Assembly (NCBI GenBank): GCA_964463505.1
Contig: CAYXDC010000006.1
Span: 9,914-73,913, forward strand
Direction: 5' to 3'
DNA from: an uncultured Anaerolineaceae bacterium
Lineage (GTDB): Bacteria; Chloroflexota; Anaerolineae; Anaerolineales; UBA4823
DNA length: 64,000 nt
The translations under genes were made by a program, and so were the position numbers. Shown piece by piece: positions 10,484 through 22,019 of this stretch (positions are counted from its first letter, which is position 1; each line of letters starts with the position of its first letter). Under the pieces are notes generated by a model that did no database searches, had not been told where the DNA came from, and was given only the letters and a program-made list of their open reading frames with translations.

Positions 10484-11053
10484 GTGATGCCTGATTTATA
10501 TGCTGGCTTACCGGCGCTGTGGCGGCGCAGGCTTATGTGGATTGCCAGTGGCGTATCCATCCTGGTGCTGTCTGTTTTCAATGGGATGGGTGCGCCGCTT
10601 ACCACCCCCGCAGCGCCCTGGGGTATGGTTTCTTTTCAATTGGCGCGCACACCCGAGCAGGTGCAGGCCATCCTGGCGAGCTGGGACGCGCTGACGCGCC
10701 AGGCGGCTGCTTTTTGCCTGGGATTGGATTACTTGTTCATGCCTGCCTACGCCCTGGCGATTGGCCTGGCAGCTCGCTGGGTTGGGGTGGCGCTGAAACA
10801 GCGCGGCTGGCCTCTGGCAGGCAGCGGGGTACCCCTGTCCTGGGCTGTGTGGCTGGCTGCACTGCTAGACGGGATTGAAAATGCTGCCCAGACCGCCATG
10901 CTTTTTGGCAGCAGCAATGCCATTTTGCCAGGGCTGACCTGGTTGGTGGCGATGGTCAAATTTGGCCTGGTTTTCGCGGCGCTGGTTTATGTTTTCTATG
11001 GGCTGGTGGTGCGTCTGGGGATCAAGCTGTCTGATTCTGCCCCGCAAGCCTGA
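10484..11053 (+). CDS. integral membrane protein, function unknown
   Basis: 189 aa with about 5 hydrophobic helices. ATG at 10487 follows GGAG. Confidence 0.55.
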   Translation: MMPDLYAGLPALWRRRLMWIASGVSILVLSVFNGMGAPLTTPAAPWGMVSFQLARTPEQVQAILASWDALTRQAAAFCLGLDYLFMPAYALAIGLAARWVGVALKQRGWPLAGSGVPLSWAVWLAALLDGIENAAQTAMLFGSSNAILPGLTWLVAMVKFGLVFAALVYVFYGLVVRLGIKLSDSAPQA

Positions 11054-11127
11054 TTGATTCTGCAACCATCTGGTGTCTGCAGCGTATATGGACTAGAAAC
11101 ACGTTCTTACACAGATGGAGGTTTGAG

Positions 11128-11994
11128 ATGAAAACGAAAGCTTTATTAGCCATTGTATTGGTGCTATCCCTGGCGGCCATGGCGTGCCGTGTGAACATCG
11201 ATCTACCAGAAATTGAATACAAGACCAGCGCAACCGTGACAGAGCAAGTCCAGGTTCCTGTTCCCGAGGGCAGCACCCCCGTGGATGTGAGCTTGAACTT
11301 TGGAGCCGGGCAGCTTAACCTGGATCCTGGCGCAGAGCAGAACCTGATCCAGGGGACAGCGACTTACAATGTGCCCGATTTCAAGCCGCGCCTGGTCACC
11401 ACGACCAGCGGGATTGAGCTATCGAGCGGTGAGCTAGAAATTAACGCCATCCCGCGCCTGGCTAATGACATTGAGAATCAGTGGGATCTGCAGTTAGGCA
11501 GTACACCCATGAACCTGAGGATCAATGCTGGGGCCTATCAGGGCCGCTATGAGCTGGGCGGGCTGGCGCTGACCGGTCTGGATATTTCCGATGGGGCTGC
11601 AGATGTAGAAGTCAACTTTGCTGAAGCCAACCTGGTGGAAATGGATACCTTGCGCTATGGCACCGGAGCCTCCCAGGTCAGCTTAACCGGCCTGGGGAAT
11701 GCTAATTTCAGCGATCTGATCTTCCGGGGTGGAGCGGGTAACTATACCCTGGACTTTGGGGAAGCTTTGCTGCGCGATGGGCGGGTAGATGTAGAAGTGG
11801 GCATCAGCAGCTTGCGCATTGTGGCGCCTGAGTCTGCCAACGTGCAGGTGATTGTAAGCGGTGGCCTGTCGAGTGTCTCGGCCAGCGGCGCCTGGAGCAA
11901 AGTGAACGATGAATACCGGCTGGACGGCACTGGGCCCAGCCTGGTGATCGAAGTCACCATGGGCGCCGGCAGTCTGGAGCTGCGCACGCCGTAA
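11128..11994 (+). CDS. secreted/lipoprotein-like beta-rich protein, function unknown
   Basis: Signal peptide ending LAAMAC, GGAGG Shine-Dalgarno, and a repetitive beta-strand-like pattern. Confidence 0.6.
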   Translation: MKTKALLAIVLVLSLAAMACRVNIDLPEIEYKTSATVTEQVQVPVPEGSTPVDVSLNFGAGQLNLDPGAEQNLIQGTATYNVPDFKPRLVTTTSGIELSSGELEINAIPRLANDIENQWDLQLGSTPMNLRINAGAYQGRYELGGLALTGLDISDGAADVEVNFAEANLVEMDTLRYGTGASQVSLTGLGNANFSDLIFRGGAGNYTLDFGEALLRDGRVDVEVGISSLRIVAPESANVQVIVSGGLSSVSASGAWSKVNDEYRLDGTGPSLVIEVTMGAGSLELRTP

Positions 11995-12017
11995 AGTATC
12001 GGTCTACTAAAAACATA

Positions 12018-12067
12018 CGGGGCTGTCTCGAAGATTGAGAAAGCCCCGCAGTTATTTAATTTTTTTC
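12018..12067. terminator. stem-loop plus T-tract between convergent genes
   Basis: CGGGGCT (12018-12024) pairs with AGCCCCG (12042-12048), followed by tta...ttttttt. Confidence 0.45.
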
Positions 12068-12079
12068 CTACCCGGAAGA

Positions 12080-12481
<402 letters not shown>

Positions 12482-12663
12482 AGAAAAAACCTCCGTGTTT
12501 GTTAAAGTGGATGATAATTTGAGCTTTTGACAACTGTATTGTACCTTAATTATGACAAGGGGACAATAAGCAAGATCATAGCAATCATATTAATCATATT
12601 AATCCGATTTAAAGCGGATGCGGGTTTGCAGCTTGTGTAGACCTGTAAACTCAGGTACTAATC

Positions 12664-12692
12664 TTGACAAGATTGGTCTTTAAAATTATGAT
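12664..12692 (+). promoter_or_regulatory. sigma70-like promoter for sodN-sodX
   Basis: TTGACA (12664-12669), 17-nt spacer, TATGAT (12687-12692). Predicts an approximately 86-nt leader. Confidence 0.5.
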
Positions 12693-12784
12693 GATTGGGA
12701 AGTGATTTGCGCCGGGGGCGTATGTTGCGCGAACCGGCGTTGATAGCTACCCTACCCACTATTTGATCCTATAGGAGACCGAAT

Positions 12785-13282
12785 ATGTTCTATAAATTAC
12801 TTGCCGCGCTAGACCGCAAAGTTAAGTTCCCAGAAGCGCAAGCTCACTGTGATATCCCGTGCGGGATCTACGACCCGATTGTCGCGCAGATCAATGCGCT
12901 CACCGTCGTGCGTATGCTCGACTTGATGGCGGATCTGGATGCCACCACGGGCGATAAGCTGGCTTACCACAATTCGATGTCCCGCTATATCGCCGTAAAG
13001 GAAGAGCACGCCGAGAAAGCCAAGCACGAAATCCGCGTGATCTTTGGCGATTACATCAAAGCCCCTCATGTTGAAAAATATCCCGAGCTGCCCACCCTGG
13101 TGCACAAGATTATGATGGCCGGCTCCAAGGTCCGCCAGAGCACCGACCGGGCCGCGGCGGTGGAATTTGTGGAGTTGATCAACAAATTCGCCCAGATCTT
13201 CTGGGAGACCAAAGGCATCAGCACCAAGCGCGCCAAAGCGCCCTACAAGCCCGAGCTGGAGCTGGTTTACCCCAATCTCTAA
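12785..13282 (+). CDS. sodN: nickel-containing superoxide dismutase precursor
   Basis: Ni-hook HCDIPCGIYDP begins at residue 21, after a 20-aa propeptide ending AQA. YPELPTLVHK and IFWETKG regions match the NiSOD pattern. Confidence 0.9.
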   Translation: MFYKLLAALDRKVKFPEAQAHCDIPCGIYDPIVAQINALTVVRMLDLMADLDATTGDKLAYHNSMSRYIAVKEEHAEKAKHEIRVIFGDYIKAPHVEKYPELPTLVHKIMMAGSKVRQSTDRAAAVEFVELINKFAQIFWETKGISTKRAKAPYKPELELVYPNL

Positions 13283-13588
13283 TTGCCCATGTGTCGCCTT
13301 CTAAAAGTACATGGCGACAGTCTGATTCCGGACTATCAGGAAGGGGATTTTGTGCTCGTTTCCAAAATCCCCTTCCTTTTTGCATCCCCGCGCCCCGGTC
13401 AGGTGATTGCCTTTCACATGCCTCCTTATGGTACGCTGATCAAACGGGTTGAGCAGGTATTGGAAGGTGGCCATTCCTTTTTTGTCGCCGGCACGCACCC
13501 ACTCAGTGTGGACAGCCGCCAGTTTGGCCCGGTGAGCCGCCAGGCGCTGCTGGGACGGGTGGTCTGGCATATCCCAAAGCCAGGCTAG
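13283..13588 (+). CDS. sodX: NiSOD maturation protease (S26 signal-peptidase-like)
   Basis: The ORF starts at the base immediately after the sodN stop. GDSLIP matches the S26 GDSM-type catalytic Ser motif. Small single-domain size; start may be TTG 13283 or ATG 13289. Confidence 0.75.
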   Translation: MPMCRLLKVHGDSLIPDYQEGDFVLVSKIPFLFASPRPGQVIAFHMPPYGTLIKRVEQVLEGGHSFFVAGTHPLSVDSRQFGPVSRQALLGRVVWHIPKPG

Positions 13589-13640
13589 CCTGGCTCGCCT
13601 GAAAAGCCAGCTTGGTTCGCCCGAAATAACCGGCTTCCTT

Positions 13641-13646
13641 TATAAT
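13641..13646 (+). promoter_or_regulatory. -10 hexamer TATAAT; predicts a leaderless or near-leaderless EamA transcript
   Basis: TATAAT overlaps the ORF-track ATG (13645) and ends 8 nt before the in-frame ATG at 13654. No Shine-Dalgarno. Confidence 0.35.
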
Positions 13647-13653
13647 GGGCGTC

Positions 13654-14637
13654 ATGTTGCAGCCCGCCAATTCGCCGCGTGTGCCACCCTTCGTAGCCCT
13701 GACTTTCGGTATTCTGGCCGTTTCCACCGCCGCCATTTTTATCCGTTTTGCCCAGTCTGAAGCGCCCTCCCTGGTGATTGCTGCCTATCGCATGGGTCTT
13801 TCAGCGCTCATCCTAGCGCCTTATGCCTGGCTGCGTCACCGCCAGGAGCTGCGCAGCCTTGACCGGCGTTCTCTGGCTTTAGCCGCGCTTTCCGGACTGT
13901 TTCTGGCTTTGCATTTCGCTGCCTGGATCACCTCCTTGGAATATACAACCGTTGCCAGCTCGGTGGTCCTGGTGACCACCACCCCCCTGTGGGTCGCCTT
14001 GCTTTCGCCCTTCTTTCTGAAAGAATCCCTCACCCGCCCAGTCTTGCTGGGCCTGGGATTGGCTCTTAGCGGAGGGCTGGTGGTCGGGTTAAGTGATGCC
14101 TGCGTCTGGCAAGGTGGGCTGGTTTGCCCCTCTCTGGCGGAGATGGTGCGCGGCCAGGCTTTCCTGGGGGATGCGTTGGCTTTGTTTGGAGCCTTGATGG
14201 CGGCTTCTTATATTATGATCGGGCGCAGCCTGCGCATGCAGTTGTCCTTAGGAGCATACATTTTTGTGGTCTATGGCATGGCTGCGCTGGTGCTGTTGGG
14301 GCTGGTGCTGTGGAGTGGGCAGCCCTTGGGAGGCTATTCCTCGCCAACCTACGGCTGGTTCCTGCTCCTGGCGGTGGTGCCGCAGCTCTTCGGGCATACG
14401 GTCTTCAATTGGGCTTTGCGTTATATCTCTGCTGCCTATGTCTCCGTGACGCTGCTCGGCGAGCCGGTCGGCTCGACCATCCTGGCCTATTTTCTGCTGC
14501 AGGAAAGCCCCACCTGGATTAAAATTATTGGTGCTATACTTATTCTTACTGGAATCAGTGTGGCTTCGCGCGGCGAATCGCGCCGGGTAAAAGCAGCTCT
14601 GCCCACCAATCAACCGGCTGGCGGGCCAATACCCTGA
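13654..14637 (+). CDS. EamA/DMT family transporter
   Basis: About 10 TM helices in two EamA-like halves. Start chosen at 13654 (MLQPANS); the alternative is 13645. Confidence 0.8.
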   Translation: MLQPANSPRVPPFVALTFGILAVSTAAIFIRFAQSEAPSLVIAAYRMGLSALILAPYAWLRHRQELRSLDRRSLALAALSGLFLALHFAAWITSLEYTTVASSVVLVTTTPLWVALLSPFFLKESLTRPVLLGLGLALSGGLVVGLSDACVWQGGLVCPSLAEMVRGQAFLGDALALFGALMAASYIMIGRSLRMQLSLGAYIFVVYGMAALVLLGLVLWSGQPLGGYSSPTYGWFLLLAVVPQLFGHTVFNWALRYISAAYVSVTLLGEPVGSTILAYFLLQESPTWIKIIGAILILTGISVASRGESRRVKAALPTNQPAGGPIP

Positions 14638-14672
14638 GCGCAAACAGCCACTACTCAACACCTTAATTTTGC

Positions 14673-16997
<2,325 letters not shown>

Positions 16998-17047
16998 TTC
17001 ACTTGTTGTTTCCCATCGCTATCTGGACAAATCCTGTTGATCTTATC

Positions 17048-17076
17048 TTGACAGCCCTGCGGGCATGGGATAGCAT
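17048..17076 (+). promoter_or_regulatory. sigma70-like promoter
   Basis: TTGACA (17048-17053), 17-nt spacer, TAGCAT (17071-17076). Confidence 0.4.
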
Positions 17077-17127
17077 AGCTTATCGTTTATCGAGAACAAA
17101 TCCTGACCTGGAAGGTAAACCCTGCTT

Positions 17128-17757
17128 TTGGAAAAAGCCAGTGAACGTACCCAACCCATGACTCTGACTGATTTAATGCGCCTGCGCTTTAAAGGCATAC
17201 TGGACCCCATCGGTCGCTTGCTAAATAACTTAGGTTTAATGCCCAACACCATGACCTTGCTGGGTCTGGCGGGGAATACTGCTGGAGCGATTCTATTGGC
17301 CCGGGGTGAAATGTTCTGGGGTGGCATCCTGATCTTGTTAATGGGCCCGGTAGACGCCCTGGATGGCACCATGGCGCGCCTGCGAGGCATGGCCAGCGAC
17401 TTCGGCGCGTTTGTCGATTCGGTCACCGACCGTTACTCCGAGCTGGTGATCTTCGGTGGCTTGTTGTATTACTTCGCCAACCAGGGCGATACCCTGGCTG
17501 CCATCCTGGTGTTCGTTGCTGCAGCCGGATCCGTGCTGGTCTCTTATGTGCGCTCGCGCGGCCAATCTCTGGGTGCAGATACCAAAGTCGGCATCCTTAC
17601 CCGCATGGAACGCTATCTGGTCCTGGCGCCGGCTTTGCTGCTCAACCAGCCGGTTTGGGGCTTGTGGGTTATCGCTGTCCTGGCCAATATTACCGCGCTC
17701 CAGCGTATCTATGACGTGCGTCGCCAGTTGACCAATCCACCTGCGAACAAAAAGTAA
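17128..17757 (+). CDS. CDP-alcohol phosphatidyltransferase family protein
   Basis: Motif DALDGTMARLRGMASDFGAFVDSVTD, i.e. D(x)2DG(x)2AR...G(x)3D(x)3D. Start uncertain: TTG 17128 or ATG 17158. Confidence 0.85.
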   Translation: MEKASERTQPMTLTDLMRLRFKGILDPIGRLLNNLGLMPNTMTLLGLAGNTAGAILLARGEMFWGGILILLMGPVDALDGTMARLRGMASDFGAFVDSVTDRYSELVIFGGLLYYFANQGDTLAAILVFVAAAGSVLVSYVRSRGQSLGADTKVGILTRMERYLVLAPALLLNQPVWGLWVIAVLANITALQRIYDVRRQLTNPPANKK

Positions 17758-17798
17758 TTATTTTTCATCTCCCATGGTACCAAGCAAAGTGAGGCAAA

Positions 17799-18605
17799 AT
17801 GCCTGGCATAAAAATTGGTGATTTTACGTTATTTACCTGGTATGGATTGATCCTGATGGGCGGGGCGGTGTTTGCGGCCTGGGTCGCCAGCCGTGAAGCC
17901 AAACGGCGCGGCTATAACCCTGAATTGGTGTGGGACGCACTGATCTGGATCCTGGTTGCCGGCATTGTAGGGGCGCGCCTGTGGCACATATTCACCCCTT
18001 CTCCATCCCTTCAAGCCCAAGGCATTACCACCTATTATTATCTCACCCATCCCCTGGACGCGATCTGGACACGCAACGGAGGACTGGGAATCCCTGGGGC
18101 GGTGATTGGCGGTGCACTGGCGCTGTACTATTTCACCCGCAAGCGCGGTATGAGCTTTGCCGTGTGGGCGGATATTGCTGCTCCGGCAGTGGCATTGGGC
18201 CAGGCGATCGGGCGCTGGGGCAATTACGTAAACCAGGAGCTGTACGGGGCTCCCACCGATCTGCCCTGGGCGATCACCATCGAGCCGCGTTTTCGTCTGC
18301 CAGGCTTCGAGAATTACGCTACCTTTCACCCGCTCTTTTTGTACGAATCGCTGTGGAACTTCGCCAATTTTGTATTTCTGCTCTGGCTGGGGCGGCGCTA
18401 TCCTGAGAAGCTGAAAGATGGCGACCTGTTCCTGATCTACCTGATCACGTATCCTGCGGCGCGTTTTCTGCTGGAGTTTATCCGCCTGGACTCGGCTCAG
18501 GTTGCCGGGCTAAACGCCAACCAGACCGCTATGGCAGTTGTGGCAGTCCTGGCCTTGCTGGTGTTGATCTTGCGCCACCGCAAGCCTGCACAGTCTGTGG
18601 CATGA
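17799..18605 (+). CDS. lgt: prolipoprotein diacylglyceryl transferase
   Basis: 268 aa with GRWGNYVNQELYG, the Lgt signature region, and multiple TM helices. Confidence 0.9.
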   Translation: MPGIKIGDFTLFTWYGLILMGGAVFAAWVASREAKRRGYNPELVWDALIWILVAGIVGARLWHIFTPSPSLQAQGITTYYYLTHPLDAIWTRNGGLGIPGAVIGGALALYYFTRKRGMSFAVWADIAAPAVALGQAIGRWGNYVNQELYGAPTDLPWAITIEPRFRLPGFENYATFHPLFLYESLWNFANFVFLLWLGRRYPEKLKDGDLFLIYLITYPAARFLLEFIRLDSAQVAGLNANQTAMAVVAVLALLVLILRHRKPAQSVA

Positions 18606-18724
18606 ACCTCCTAACTGATCTGTAATCTATAACCCGCCATCCAGGGGTTAGAATACTTGGCATAAGCCGTACTCAGCTCGGCTGGCTGCGGCATTACTAG
18701 ACCTTTGCAGAAGATTGGCTGGAA

Positions 18725-19666
18725 ATGATCCAGACACAGGACCTGAGCAAACGTTTCGATAATTTCCTGGCCGTAGATGGTGTTACCCTTGAACTGGGCG
18801 CCGGGCAAGTTTTGGCATTGCTTGGGCCGAATGGCGCTGGAAAAACAACCACGGTGCGCATGCTCACCTCGATACTGCGACCTACCTCTGGCTGGGCGCG
18901 CGTGGCAGGTTGGGATGTCGCCACGCACCCGGCCCAAGTGCGGGCTGCCGTGGGCGTGCTGACGGAGCAGCATGGCCTGTACGGGCGCATGCGCGGGGAT
19001 GATTATCTGGATTTTTTTGGTCAGGTATATGGTTTAACCACCCAGCGCCGCCACCAGCGCACGCAGCAGCTTTTAGACCAATTTGGCCTGGCGCAGGATG
19101 GTCAGCGCAGGATTGCTGAATATTCCAAAGGTATGCGCCAGAAGCTGGCCCTGGCGCGGGCTTTGCTTCACGAGCCGCCAGTGCTGTTGCTGGATGAGCC
19201 TTCCTCCGCCATGGACCCCGAGAGCGCCCACCTGGTGCGCGATGCCATCCGGGACCTGCGCTCCGCAGAACGCGCCATCGTGATTTGTTCCCACAACCTG
19301 GCTGAAGCCGAAGAATTAGCCGACCAGATCGCCATCATTCGCCGCGGGCGCATCATCGCCCGCGGCTCTCCGGAGGCCCTTAAAGAGAGCTTGCTTGGCC
19401 CGTTGGAATTCGAGCTGCGCCTGGGCACGGTAACGAACGGTTCCCGGCCTCCACTGCCTCCGGCGGTTGAAATCACTGCATTTGGAGCGGATTGGCTGCG
19501 TTTCCGCACGCTCGATCCTCTGCGAGATAATCCGGAGGTCCTGCGCGCTCTGCTGGCGCACGGCTTGCCTGTTGTCAGCTTGCAGGAAGTACCGCGCAGC
19601 CTGGAAGAAGTCTATTTACGCGCCATCGCTGCACCTGCGGCAGAGGAGCTGCCCCATGCTGGATAG
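18725..19666 (+). CDS. ABC transporter ATP-binding protein (ABC-2 type)
   Basis: Walker A GPNGAGKTT, signature-like YSKGMRQK and Walker B LLLDEP. Confidence 0.9.
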   Translation: MIQTQDLSKRFDNFLAVDGVTLELGAGQVLALLGPNGAGKTTTVRMLTSILRPTSGWARVAGWDVATHPAQVRAAVGVLTEQHGLYGRMRGDDYLDFFGQVYGLTTQRRHQRTQQLLDQFGLAQDGQRRIAEYSKGMRQKLALARALLHEPPVLLLDEPSSAMDPESAHLVRDAIRDLRSAERAIVICSHNLAEAEELADQIAIIRRGRIIARGSPEALKESLLGPLEFELRLGTVTNGSRPPLPPAVEITAFGADWLRFRTLDPLRDNPEVLRALLAHGLPVVSLQEVPRSLEEVYLRAIAAPAAEELPHAG

Positions 19667-21077
19667 CCTGCGCCTGGCCTGGATTATTACGCGCCGCGAA
19701 GTGAGCGACCAGCTGCGCGACTGGCGTATCATCCTGCCGGTGCTTCTGTTGACCATTTTTTTTCCCGGTCTGATGAATTTCACCGCCGGTCAGATCACGG
19801 GTTTTGTGGAGAGCTACAACGCCCCACTGATCGGCGATCGCTTGATCCCTTTCTTGTTGATGATTGTGGGGTTTTTCCCCATCTCGGTGTCGTTGGTGAT
19901 AGCCCTGGAAAGCTTTGTGGGTGAGAAAGAACGCCACAGCATTGAACCGCTGCTCAGCTCGCCGCTCTCTGACGGGCAGCTTTATCTGGGCAAACTGGCT
20001 GCTGCCGTAATTCCTCCTTTGCTGGCCTCCTATCTGGGTATCACGGTGTACCTGATCGGGGTGTTTTTGGATGTGGGCTGGCGGCCCACATCCATGTTGC
20101 TGCTGCAGATCGTCTTGCTGACCACCGTGCAGGCGGTCTTGATGGTCAGTGGGGCTGTGGTGGTCTCCTCGCAAACCACTTCCGTGCGGGCTGCGAATTT
20201 GCTGGCTTCTTTTATCATTATTCCCATGGCTCTGCTCATCCAGGGGGAAAGTGTGGTCATGTTCTGGGGCAGTTATTCTAGCCTGTGGTGGATCATCGCG
20301 GGGCTGGCTGTGATTGCCGGCTTGCTGGTGCGCACGGGTCTGGCGCACTTTAATCGCGAAGAATTACTCGGGCGCGAGTTGGATTCGCTCAACCTGCGTT
20401 GGAGCTGGCGCGTATTCAGCCAGCAATTCCGTGGCGGAGCCCGCTCCTTGCGTGGCTGGTACCAGGCGCAGGTCTTCCCGGCAGCCCGCCGCCTGGGCAT
20501 ACCGGCGGCGATGATGTTGCTGGCGCTTGCCGCGGGATTGCTGGTCGGCGCCAGCCAGGCGCGGGTTTTTCCGCTTCCACTGGAAATGCTCAGCCTGAAT
20601 AGTCTGGATGATGGTTTTGTGGAAGGCCTGGAATTATTAAATCTCTTCTCCCCTTTGGGTGTGGGTACGGTCTGGCTGCACAACCTGCGCGCCATCCTGC
20701 TGGCAACCGTGCTGGGCATTTTTTCTTTTGGGGTTTTAAGCGTGCTGGTGCTGATGCTGCCATTTATGATCGTGGGGTACCTGGCGGCTGGGGTTGCCAG
20801 CGCAGGTACCAGCCCCGGGTTGTTCTTGCTGGCGTTCATTGCCCCCCATGGCATGTTGGAGATCCCGGCGCTGGCTCTGGCTGGCGCAGCTATCTTACGC
20901 ATCGGGGCTACTCTGGCTGCTCCGGCCGAGCATATGACTATTGGCGAAGCCTGGTTGCGCGCCGTGGCTGACTGGGCTAAAATTCTATTGGGTCTTGTGC
21001 TGCCCTTGCTCCTGGGTGCAGCCGCTATCGAGGTCCTGCTAACCCCGCGCCTGGCTGTCCTGCTCCTGGGCAATTAA
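19656..21077 (+). CDS. fused ABC-2 permease / SpoIIM (DUF95)-like membrane protein
   Basis: ATG 19656 overlaps the ATPase stop by 11 nt. The N-terminal half is a multi-TM ABC-2-like permease. The C-terminal half carries PHGMLEIPALALAGAAILRIG, typical of stage II sporulation protein M-like proteins. Confidence 0.7.
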   Translation: MLDSLRLAWIITRREVSDQLRDWRIILPVLLLTIFFPGLMNFTAGQITGFVESYNAPLIGDRLIPFLLMIVGFFPISVSLVIALESFVGEKERHSIEPLLSSPLSDGQLYLGKLAAAVIPPLLASYLGITVYLIGVFLDVGWRPTSMLLLQIVLLTTVQAVLMVSGAVVVSSQTTSVRAANLLASFIIIPMALLIQGESVVMFWGSYSSLWWIIAGLAVIAGLLVRTGLAHFNREELLGRELDSLNLRWSWRVFSQQFRGGARSLRGWYQAQVFPAARRLGIPAAMMLLALAAGLLVGASQARVFPLPLEMLSLNSLDDGFVEGLELLNLFSPLGVGTVWLHNLRAILLATVLGIFSFGVLSVLVLMLPFMIVGYLAAGVASAGTSPGLFLLAFIAPHGMLEIPALALAGAAILRIGATLAAPAEHMTIGEAWLRAVADWAKILLGLVLPLLLGAAAIEVLLTPRLAVLLLGN

Positions 21078-21106
21078 GCTCGAGTTATGAAGGGAATATC
21101 CTAACC

Positions 21107-21862
21107 ATGCCAAAATTAATCTACCTGGGCGTATCCAACGCCATCCCAACCGCACAGCACGAGAATACCCACATGGTGTTGGTGGGGGAGTCGCGCGTGG
21201 TGCTCATCGATACCGGGCACAATCCACTCATTCGCCTGGGGCAAGCCGGACTGGAGTATTCCCTGATCACCGATCTGATCCTGACCCATTTTCACCCCGA
21301 TCACACTTCCGGGGTGGCTTCCTTTCTGATGAGCTCCTGGCTGATGGGACGCAAGACCGGGCTGAATGTTTACGGGCTGGAATACACCCTGGAACGCACG
21401 CGCAAGCTGATGGAGTTTTATGACTGGGGGAGCTGGCCAAATTTCTACTCGGTGAATTTTATCCCACAGCCAGCCCAAGAGATGGCGCCTGTGCTGGACT
21501 GTGCGGATTTCCGCATATATTCATCTCCCGTGCACCACATGGTGCCCAATATCGGCCTGCGGGTGGAATTCAAAGCCAGCGGCAAAGTGCTGGCATATTC
21601 CTGTGATACCGAGCCATGTGCTGAGGTTGTGCGTCTGGGCTGCCAGGCAGATATGCTGGTCCATGAAACAGCCGGCCAGGGATTGGGGCATACCTCCGCC
21701 CGTCAGGCCGGGGAGATCGCCCATGAAGCCGGCGCACGCCAGCTACACCTGATCCATTATCCCACCTGGAACTACGACCCTGCGCCGTTGGTGGCGGAAG
21801 CTGCACAGACCTTCTCAGGTCCAGTCGCCCTGGCCGATGATTTTATGACTTTGGAATTTTAA
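21107..21862 (+). CDS. MBL-fold metallo-hydrolase (RNase Z-like)
   Basis: HFHPDHTSG (HxHxDH) metal-binding motif; 251 aa. Confidence 0.85.
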   Translation: MPKLIYLGVSNAIPTAQHENTHMVLVGESRVVLIDTGHNPLIRLGQAGLEYSLITDLILTHFHPDHTSGVASFLMSSWLMGRKTGLNVYGLEYTLERTRKLMEFYDWGSWPNFYSVNFIPQPAQEMAPVLDCADFRIYSSPVHHMVPNIGLRVEFKASGKVLAYSCDTEPCAEVVRLGCQADMLVHETAGQGLGHTSARQAGEIAHEAGARQLHLIHYPTWNYDPAPLVAEAAQTFSGPVALADDFMTLEF

Positions 21863-21966
21863 TGCGTTAGGACTTACGCACTTGGTTGGAGGATGGGGGT
21901 TGTTGGGCGTGCGCAGCACGCGCAACAACCCCCATTTTCCCCGGAACTGCGTAACTCCTATGCGTT
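21862..21966. mobile_element. MITE/REP-like element: 91-bp imperfect inverted repeat flanked by 7-bp direct repeats
   Basis: ATGCGTT at 21862-21868 and again at 21960-21966. The left end AGGACTTACGCACTTGG matches the reverse complement of the right end, AGGAGTTACGCAGTTCC. The core hairpin is GGGGGTTGTTG...CAACAACCCCC. Confidence 0.4.
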
Positions 21967-22010
21967 TTAAATCGAGTAGGGGGCGGTTAACCGCCCCCTA
22001 CTCGATTTAA
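21967..22010. terminator. 44-bp perfect palindrome (bidirectional terminator candidate) between convergent genes
   Basis: TTAAATCGAGTAGGGGGCGGTT|AACCGCCCCCTACTCGATTTAA; every position checked as self-complementary. Confidence 0.55.
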
Positions 22011-22019
22011 TGACCCAGT

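Noticed and set aside
19575-21073. Long minus-strand ORFs (257 and 266 aa) opposite the ABC-2/SpoIIM permease
   Set aside because: These are antisense shadow ORFs in GC-rich DNA with Arg/Pro/Ser/Gln-rich low-complexity translations. The plus-strand frame has clear TM periodicity and coupling to the ATPase.
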